A stretch of 64,000 nt of DNA, taken from positions 6,555 to 70,554 of the forward strand of contig JAGCDJ010000043.1 in assembly GCA_017651185.1 (NCBI GenBank). The letters run 5' to 3'. This document shows, one piece after another, positions 56,967-64,000 of the stretch (its first letter is position 1; each line of letters opens with the position of its first letter). The position numbers and the translations under genes were made by a program. This DNA is from Bacteroidales bacterium (lineage in GTDB: Bacteria; Bacteroidota; Bacteroidia; Bacteroidales; ML635J-15). The notes beneath the pieces were generated by a model. The model did no database searches. It worked only from the letters and a program-made list of their open reading frames with translations, and was not told the origin of the DNA.

Positions 56967-59084
56967 ATGAACCTTTTGCGTAAATTAATATTGACAGTCA
57001 CGGCATTGTTTGCCCTGACAATGGCTTTCGCGCAGATGGCCGAACCTGTAAAGTGGAAATTCTCTACAGAAAAGATTTCCGATAAGGAGTACAATCTTGT
57101 AATGACGGCTACAATAGAGGACAAATGGCACCTCTATTCGCAGCATTTCGATGCTGGCGGACCTATGCCTCTTGTGATTAGTTTCACGAAGTCGGACAAG
57201 TACAAAACAGTAGGTCAAACAACCGAATCGCCAGCGCCGACATCGGAATATGATGATGTCTTCATGGTTAATGTCAAGTATTTCACCCAAAAGGCGACAT
57301 TCAAGCAGAAAATTGAGGTTTTGACAGATGCTTCGTTCTCCGTTAAGGCAGAACTTAGTGGTCAGGCATGCTTCGAGGACGGACAGTGCCTTCCTGTAAA
57401 TGCCGATGCAAACTTTAAAATAGACTTGCCAAAGAAAGAAACAGTCGAACCAGAAAAAACTTCAGCAGAACCAGCGACTACTGAAGAAAAAACAACAGAA
57501 GTAGCAGAGGTTGAGCCGGGAGAGGAGACTGCAACCGATTCTGCACAAGCGGAAGTCGTTGAGCAAAAATCCGACAAGGGCGGAACTCCACGCATTATTT
57601 CACAGAATGAATTTGTTGAGGAACAATCCGAAGACAGTTCCATGTGGGCGTTCTTCTTCCTTTCTCTGCTTTTTGGTATACTTGGAATTTTGACACCTTG
57701 CGTGTTCCCGATGATTCCAATGACAATCAGTTTCTTCATGCAGGGAGATTCCAGCAAGTTCAATTCAATCCTCAAGGCATTGATTTTCGGAATATCAATA
57801 ACAGTACTATATACTATTATAGGTGTGATAGTTTCCCTCACAAACGCTGGCGCAGGACTGACAACCGTACTTAGCACGCATTGGATTCCAAATTTGATTT
57901 TCTTTGTGCTGTTTGTAGCATTTGCAGCATCTTTGTTTGGCCTGTTCGAAATCATTCTCCCAACATCGCTTGCAAACAAGAGTGACAAGCAGGTTGACAA
58001 GGGAGGAATTTTTGCATCGTTCTTCCTTGCGCTTACTACTGTAATCGTAAGTTTCAGTTGTACAGGTCCTATAGTTGGTGCTTTGTTGGTAAAGGCGGCA
58101 AGCGGTAATGTGCTCGAACCTACAATCGGTATGTTGGGCTTCGGTCTTGGTTTTGCTTTACCGTTCACAATATTGGCAATCGCTCCAAACTGGCTCAAGA
58201 AGTTGCCGAAGTCGGGCGGATGGATGAACTCGGTGAAGGTTGTCATGGGTTTCTGCCTCTTGGCATTCTCGCTCAAGTATTTCTCCAACATCGACCAGAA
58301 CTATCACCTCGACATAATGAGCCGCGAACTCTACATCGCAATATGGATTGTAATAAGCGTTTTGTGCGGTCTTTACCTTCTTGGTAAGATTCGTTTCAAA
58401 ATGGACAGCGAGGTTAAGACTGTAGGTTTCTTCCGTATGATTTTGGCTTCGGCATTCTTTGTTTTCGCACTTTACTTGTTCCCAGGAATGTTTGGTGCTA
58501 ACTTGTCGTCGGTATCTGGACTTCTTCCGCCAATGACCACGCAGAATTTCAATCTTGCTGACAATGGTGGGGCTGCTTCAGAAGGTGCATTGTGCGGAAC
58601 GCCAAAGTATTCTGAATCAATGCATACAGCCTACGGTGTGAACGCATATTTCGACTACAAGCAGGCATTCGATTGTGCTAAGTCGCAAGGTAAGCCGGTA
58701 ATACTTTATTTCACAGGCCATTCGTGCGCAAACTGCAAGAAGATGCAGGCAGAGATTTGGGCAAACAAGACTATTGCCGAAAAGTTCAACAACGAGTTTG
58801 TAATGACTGCCTTGTATGTAGATGAAAAATCGGTTGAAGTGCCTGTTGAGGAACAGTTTACGTCTTCAAACGATGGTAAGTTGAAAAAGACGCTCGGTGA
58901 AGTGAATGCTGACTTGCAGATTGTTAATTTCCAGTGCAATACGCAACCGTACTATGTTGTTGTAAGTCCTGAAGGACAGGTACTTACAAAACCGATGTCG
59001 TATAACACTAACGCAGAGGAATTTATTACCTTCTTGAACGAAGGATTGGAGAATTATAACAAGAAATGTTCAAAATGTAATTAG
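56967..59084 (+). CDS. DsbD-family thiol:disulfide interchange protein
   Basis: WHLYSQ, QAC..C, LTPCVFPMIP, FSCTGP, LPKSGGWMN, thioredoxin-like FTGHSCANCKKM. Confidence 0.88.
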   Translation: MNLLRKLILTVTALFALTMAFAQMAEPVKWKFSTEKISDKEYNLVMTATIEDKWHLYSQHFDAGGPMPLVISFTKSDKYKTVGQTTESPAPTSEYDDVFMVNVKYFTQKATFKQKIEVLTDASFSVKAELSGQACFEDGQCLPVNADANFKIDLPKKETVEPEKTSAEPATTEEKTTEVAEVEPGEETATDSAQAEVVEQKSDKGGTPRIISQNEFVEEQSEDSSMWAFFFLSLLFGILGILTPCVFPMIPMTISFFMQGDSSKFNSILKALIFGISITVLYTIIGVIVSLTNAGAGLTTVLSTHWIPNLIFFVLFVAFAASLFGLFEIILPTSLANKSDKQVDKGGIFASFFLALTTVIVSFSCTGPIVGALLVKAASGNVLEPTIGMLGFGLGFALPFTILAIAPNWLKKLPKSGGWMNSVKVVMGFCLLAFSLKYFSNIDQNYHLDIMSRELYIAIWIVISVLCGLYLLGKIRFKMDSEVKTVGFFRMILASAFFVFALYLFPGMFGANLSSVSGLLPPMTTQNFNLADNGGAASEGALCGTPKYSESMHTAYGVNAYFDYKQAFDCAKSQGKPVILYFTGHSCANCKKMQAEIWANKTIAEKFNNEFVMTALYVDEKSVEVPVEEQFTSSNDGKLKKTLGEVNADLQIVNFQCNTQPYYVVVSPEGQVLTKPMSYNTNAEEFITFLNEGLENYNKKCSKCN

Positions 59085-59087
59085 TAT

Positions 59088-61253
59088 ATGTTTATGAGAA
59101 GATTTACAGCAATTTTATTTGTATTTGTTCTTGCTTTTGGAATGACAGCAAGGGCAGATGAAGGAATGTGGCTTTTGTCGATGATTGGCAAGAACTACGA
59201 CGATATGAAGAAGCAGGGTTTCAAGTTGACACCTGAAGATATTTATAGTGTAAATCAAGGTTGCATCAAGGATGCTGTCGTAGGTTTGGGAAGAGAAGGT
59301 TCTCCGTTCTGGCACTTCTGCACTGGCGAAATTGTTTCGGGCGAAGGACTTATGTTTACAAATCACCACTGCGGATATTCTATGATACAGACTCATTCGA
59401 CTGTTGAGCACGACTACCTGAAGGATGGTTTCTGGGCTTATTCGAAGGAAGAAGAATTGTCGAATCCAGGCATTACTGCATCAATACTCGTTAGAATAGA
59501 AGATGTTACTGCCGAAGTAGAAAAGTCGTTCACTAAGGACATGACAGAACGCGACCGCAGTATTGCATTGAAGAAGGCGTCAAAGGCAATAACTGACAAG
59601 GCCGTAGAGGGAACAAACTACAAGGCACAGGTAAAAGATATGTTTGGTGGAAACCAATATTTCCTGTTGGTATATGTTACTTATCAGGATGTTCGTCTTG
59701 TAGGTGCACCTCCTTCATCGATGGGTAAGTTTGGTGGTGATACCGACAACTGGATGTGGCCTCGCCATACTGCAGACTTCTCAATGTTCAGGATTTACAC
59801 TGCACCCGATGGTACTCCGGCACAATATTCCAAGAAAAATGTTCCGCTGAAACCGAAACATTTCTTGCCTGTAAGTGCAAAGGGAATCGAGGATGGCGAC
59901 TTCGCAATGGTTATGGGTTTCCCAGGAACAACAAACCGCTATGTAACATCATACGGACTTGAGGAAGTTATGCAGGTTACAAACAAATTGCGTTACGAAA
60001 TCAGGGATGTGAAAGTAAATGTATTGCGTGAAAAGATGAATGCTGATCCGAAGGTAAAGATTCAGTATGCATCTAAATATGCTTCATGCTCCAACTACTG
60101 GAAGTATTCAAACGAACAGAACAAGGCGCTTGCACATCTTAACACCATGGGAATCAAGAAGGACATTGAAGCAGACCTTTGCAAATGGACTGATAAGAAG
60201 GGCGAATCAAAGTACCGCGATGCTTTGAATGCTCTCCAAAAGATTTACCAGTCGAGAAGAGGTCAGGCAGAAGCAAGAATGTATATTACCGAAGGACTTC
60301 TTGGTTCTGAATTGCCATATTATGCGTTCGGTTGCAGGTCGTTGACTTCGGCATTGGCATCAAAGGACTTGGCAGAAATAAATTCGCAGGTTAGCGATTT
60401 CAGGGAACCGGCAAAGGCATTCTACAAAGATTATGATCCCGAAACTGAATGCGCATTGATGAAGGCATTGTTCCGCAAGGTATACGATGAAATGGATGCA
60501 AAGTACTATCCTGAATTCTTCAAGACGATACAGAACAAGTACAAAGGTGATGTCGAAAAGTATGTAGGTGATGCATTTGCAAAATCAATATTCTCGACGG
60601 AAGCCAAGTTCAATGCTTTCCTTGACAAACCGTCAGAATCAGCATTCACAAAGGACCCGATATTGCAGATGGGTAACGACATAATTGACGTATATAGAAA
60701 AGTTTACAATGAGTACAACGACCTTTCTGTTGACCTTGAACGCAATAATCGTGTTTTCATCGAAGGTGTGCTCGCCATGAATCCTGACAAGAATTTTGCA
60801 CCAGATGCTAATTCGACCATAAGGATGACCTACGGCAATGTAAAGAGTTACGAACCGCGTGATGGTGTTTTCTACGATTACTATACAACCTTGAAGGGTG
60901 TAATGGAAAAGGAAAATCCTAATAGTTACGAATTTATTGTTCCCGAAAAGTTGAAACAACTTTACAAAGACAAGAATTTTGGCAACTATGTAAACAAGAA
61001 CGGCGAAGTTCCAACATGTTTCATTACCAACAACGATATTACTGGTGGTAATTCTGGTAGTCCTGTAATCAACGGTAATGGCGAACTCATCGGTCTTGCT
61101 TTTGATGGCAACAGCGAGGCAATGTCGGGTGACATCGACTTCGAGGAGAATCTGCAAAGATGCATCTGCTTGGATGTAAGGTATGCATTGTTCATCATCG
61201 ACAAGTACGCTAATGCTCAGAACCTGATAAGGGAAATGGACATAAAGCGTTAA
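59088..61253 (+). CDS. S46 dipeptidyl peptidase, DPP7-like
   Basis: ADEGMW, TNHHCG, DNWMWPRHT, TGGNSGSP; GLAFDGN has Gly where DPP11 has Arg. Confidence 0.88.
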   Translation: MFMRRFTAILFVFVLAFGMTARADEGMWLLSMIGKNYDDMKKQGFKLTPEDIYSVNQGCIKDAVVGLGREGSPFWHFCTGEIVSGEGLMFTNHHCGYSMIQTHSTVEHDYLKDGFWAYSKEEELSNPGITASILVRIEDVTAEVEKSFTKDMTERDRSIALKKASKAITDKAVEGTNYKAQVKDMFGGNQYFLLVYVTYQDVRLVGAPPSSMGKFGGDTDNWMWPRHTADFSMFRIYTAPDGTPAQYSKKNVPLKPKHFLPVSAKGIEDGDFAMVMGFPGTTNRYVTSYGLEEVMQVTNKLRYEIRDVKVNVLREKMNADPKVKIQYASKYASCSNYWKYSNEQNKALAHLNTMGIKKDIEADLCKWTDKKGESKYRDALNALQKIYQSRRGQAEARMYITEGLLGSELPYYAFGCRSLTSALASKDLAEINSQVSDFREPAKAFYKDYDPETECALMKALFRKVYDEMDAKYYPEFFKTIQNKYKGDVEKYVGDAFAKSIFSTEAKFNAFLDKPSESAFTKDPILQMGNDIIDVYRKVYNEYNDLSVDLERNNRVFIEGVLAMNPDKNFAPDANSTIRMTYGNVKSYEPRDGVFYDYYTTLKGVMEKENPNSYEFIVPEKLKQLYKDKNFGNYVNKNGEVPTCFITNNDITGGNSGSPVINGNGELIGLAFDGNSEAMSGDIDFEENLQRCICLDVRYALFIIDKYANAQNLIREMDIKR

Positions 61254-61278
61254 TTGATAATTTGACATTGATTAATAC

Positions 61279-61305
61279 GTAGCGGCGCAATAATTGCGCC
61301 GCTAC
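61279..61305. repeat. GTAG-type REP-like palindrome
   Basis: GTAGCGGCGCAA-TAA-TTGCGCCGCTAC. Confidence 0.65.
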
Positions 61306-61501
61306 TTTAAATTTGAGGGAATACTGGGATTTGGCGGGACTGCTTGTGAGGGCTATTTGATATCCAATTAATTGACGGTTGGTATACGTAAGATAGAATA
61401 TGGTCATAAATACTTAAAACTTTCCTAATAAAAATAGAAAACCAATAGAAATTTTCTATCGGCTTACTTTTTTTACTATTTTTGCTTGGTTTGAAATTGA
61501 A

Positions 61502-64000
61502 ATGGAAAATGGCTATAACATATTGATTACCAAACTTGATAAGTTTATCAGGAAGTACTATCTGAACAAGATGGTAAAGGGTGTTATACTTGCACTTGCC
61601 ATTTCTGGATTGTGGTATCTTATAGTCATTATTGCCGAATATTACGGCAGGTTTTCTTCTGCTTTCCGTACGGCATTGTTTATCAGTTCGATAACTTTGT
61701 ATGCCATCGTATTCTTCACAATGATATTGTGGCCCTTGCTGAAGTTGATGAAAATTGGCAAGCGCATTTCGTATGCCGAGGCAAGCCGTATTCTTGGAAA
61801 ACATTTCCCAGAAGTGTCGGATAAGTTGCAGAATACGTTGGAACTCAAATCTTTGCTGGACGAAAACACAGAGACTCGTGACCTTATTTATGCAAGTATC
61901 TCGCAGAGAATTGAGAAACTTTCGCCAATACCATTCCTATCGGCAATCAAGATAAAGAAGAATGTCAAGTATCTGGTGTATTTGGCACCAGTTGTTCTTG
62001 TGTTCGTGCTGATAATTTCGTTCAAGCCGGCTATTGTCACCGAGGGAACGGAACGAATTGTGAAATATGATGAGCATTTCGAGATGCCGGCACCATTTTC
62101 GTTCATTCTCGAAAACGACACCTTGCAGGTAAGGCAAGGCGACGATTTCACAGTGAATCTGCGTGTCGAAGGTCAGTATGTGCCCGAGCATGTGATGATA
62201 AATTTCGGTGGTAACTCGTTCTACATGGAAAAGCAGTCGGCTGCGACATTCAAGTACGACTTCAAGACGCTGAACAATTCGTTCAAGTTCTATTTCACGG
62301 CTCAGGATGTGGAATCAAAGGATTATGAGGTCAGTGTAATGCCTGCACCGATAATTCTCGATTTCAAGGTAAATGTTGTGCCAATGTCATATACAGGCCT
62401 TGATGCTGTGGAAATAAAAAATTCGGGTGACATAGAAGTGCCGATTGGTTCAAGCGTAAAGTGGACATTTGGTACGGCAAACCTCGATTCGCTTGCAATA
62501 GTCATGGACAGCATTGTCCTGAGTTCCGAAAAGGAAGGCAACGAATACACCTTTAAAAAAAGAATTACCACAAGCAGCGAATATTCGCTTTTTGTTGCAA
62601 ACGAATATTTCAGCGAAGTTGTTGACATAAAGTATAAAATTCGCGTCGTTCCTGACTTGTATCCGTCAATTTCGGTGGTGGAGAGCAAGGACAGTACAAA
62701 TCCAGCAATTGTTTATTTCAAGGGGGCGATTGACGACGACTATGGTTTTTCGCGCCTGACTTTCCATTGTTTCGATGGCGAAACCGAAATTTTAAAGTCG
62801 CCGGTGCAGTTCTCGCAGCGTCTTAGTTCACAGGATTTCTATCATGCGGTTGATTTTTCGACTCTCGAACATACGGGCAATAGGATTACCTATTATTTCG
62901 AAGTTGCCGACAATGATGGCTATAGTGGTCCAAAGACTGCAAAGTCGAAGGTGATGGAGTATAATATCCCGTCGGCACAGGACTTGCAGGACATGAGCGA
63001 AGAGACCAACAACGATACAGAAAACAAGATTGACGAGGCAAAGAAAATCAGCGAGGACATTAAGAAAAGCATCGATGAACTGAAGCGCAAACTTGTCAAC
63101 GAAAACCTTTCGCCATACGACCGTTCGCAGATTATGCAGGACATTCTTGACAAGGAGGACCAGCTCGAAAGTTTGATGGAGCAGATAAAGGAAGAGCAGA
63201 ACCAGCTTCAGCAGTACAAGGAACAATTCTCCAAGAGCGAGGAGCTTCTGAAGAAGCAGGCCGAAATAAACAGCTTAATGGAAAGTCTCATGACCGACGA
63301 GATGCGTCAGATGATTGAGGAGATGAAGAAACTTATGGAGAATTTCGACAAGAACGAATTTTTCAAAAAGTCCGAAGAATTTAAGATGTCGGTCGAGGAG
63401 ATGGAGCAGAATATGGACAATACTCTCGAACTGCTTAAGCGGTCGGAAGTCGAGGAGCGCGTAAAGAGCATTGCCGACCAGATGGAAAGTCTTGCCGAAA
63501 AGGAGAAGAAACTCGCCGAGGAGACCAAGGAAAAGAGCAAGTCGCAGGACGAACTGAAAAAGGAACAGTCGGAATTGAACGAGCAGTTCGACAAGTTGAA
63601 GGAGGAATATGAAAAGACGTTGGATAAAAATTCCGACCTGAAGGAACCTATGCCGTTGCAGGATTTCAAGAACGATATGGATGAAATATCAAACGAAATG
63701 CGGCAGGCGGGCGAAGATTTGGAGGACAACAAGAACAACAAGGCATCGGACAAGCAGAAGAGCAGTTCGCAGAAGATGCAGCAGTTGTCGCAGAAGATGA
63801 ACTCGATGATGGCGCAGATGGAGATGGAGGAGAACGAGGAGAACATGGACGACATAAAGCAGTTGCTTGAAAATGTGTTGACGTTCTCGTTTGACCAGGA
63901 AGATATTATGACTGGTATGAAACCATTGTCGTACAAATCGCCTCAGTACAAGGAATATGTTGTGCGCCAGAAGAATATAACCGACAATTTCAATATAATA
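61502..64000 (+). CDS. DUF4175-like large membrane-anchored coiled-coil protein, 3'-truncated by the window edge
   Basis: Not in the ORF track, consistent with no stop before the window edge. Partial manual translation: MENGYNILITKLDKFIRKYYLN...HFPEVSDKLQN...DDDYGF...YYFEVADNDG, then Glu/Lys/Gln-rich coiled coil. Confidence 0.8.
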   Translation, partial: MENGYNILITKLDKFIRKYYLNKMVKGVILALAISGLWYLIVIIAEYYGRFSSAFRTALFISSITLYAIVFFTMILWPLLKLMKIGKRISYAEASRILGKHFPEVSDKLQNTLELKSLLDENTETRDLIYASISQRIEKLSPIPFLSAIKIKKNVKYLVYLAPVVLVFVLIISFKPAIVTEGTERIVKYDEHFEMPAPFSFILENDTLQVRQGDDFTVNLRVEGQYVPEHVMINFGGNSFYMEKQSAATFKYDFKTLNNSFKFYFTAQDVESKDYEVSVMPAPIILDFKVNVVPMSYTGLDAVEIKNSGDIEVPIGSSVKWTFGTANLDSLAIVMDSIVLSSEKEGNEYTFKKRITTSSEYSLFVANEYFSEVVDIKYKIRVVPDLYPSISVVESKDSTNPAIVYFKGAIDDDYGFSRLTFHCFDGETEILKSPVQFSQRLSSQDFYHAVDFSTLEHTGNRITYYFEVADNDGYSGPKTAKSKVMEYNIPSAQDLQDMSEETNNDTENKIDEAKKISEDIKKSIDELKRKLVNENLSPYDRSQIMQDILDKEDQLESLMEQIKEEQNQLQQYKEQFSKSEELLKKQAEINSLMESLMTDEMRQMIEEMKKLMENFDKNEFFKKSEEFKMSVEEMEQNMDNTLELLKRSEVEERVKSIADQMESLAEKEKKLAEETKEKSKSQDELKKEQSELNEQFDKLKEEYEKTLDKNSDLKEPMPLQDFKNDMDEISNEMRQAGEDLEDNKNNKASDKQKSSSQKMQQLSQKMNSMMAQMEMEENEENMDDIKQLLENVLTFSFDQEDIMTGMKPLSYKSPQYKEYVVRQKNITDNFNII

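Noticed and set aside
61612-63936. Apparent gene-poor region with short ORFs at the window end
   Set aside because: Explained by one long plus-strand CDS from 61502 running off the edge.

Overview
64-kb chromosomal segment of an anaerobic Bacteroidales-type bacterium (TAnnTTTG promoters, many lipoproteins, Bacteroidota-typical gene blocks). It is mostly housekeeping: rplY-pth-psd, nusB-yajC-coaE-djlA, rimO, ppdK, lptB, fused nfnAB, DsbD-like, S9/S46 peptidases. No rRNA, tRNA, CRISPR, transposase, integrase or reverse transcriptase was seen. Two things stand out. (1) A 9-gene operon (8227-17871) joins a predicted sulfonolipid (capnine) pathway (cysteate acyltransferase, threonine-synthase-fold cysteate synthase candidate, SDR) and a VOC protein to five genes resembling the sulfur-oxidising heterodisulfide-reductase-like (sHdr) complex; this may be an undescribed anaerobic sulfite supply for sulfonolipid synthesis. 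(2) A hairpin in the rplY (L25) 5' UTR closely mimics 5S rRNA loop E and is a candidate autoregulatory leader. Also present: two modular surface proteins with variable DGR-target-like domains, an orphan TM1266-hydG pair, REP-like palindromes, short tandem repeats at gene junctions and candidate operator arrays at a Fic / AAA-ATPase pair. Family assignments come from motif recognition and recall only; no searches were run.
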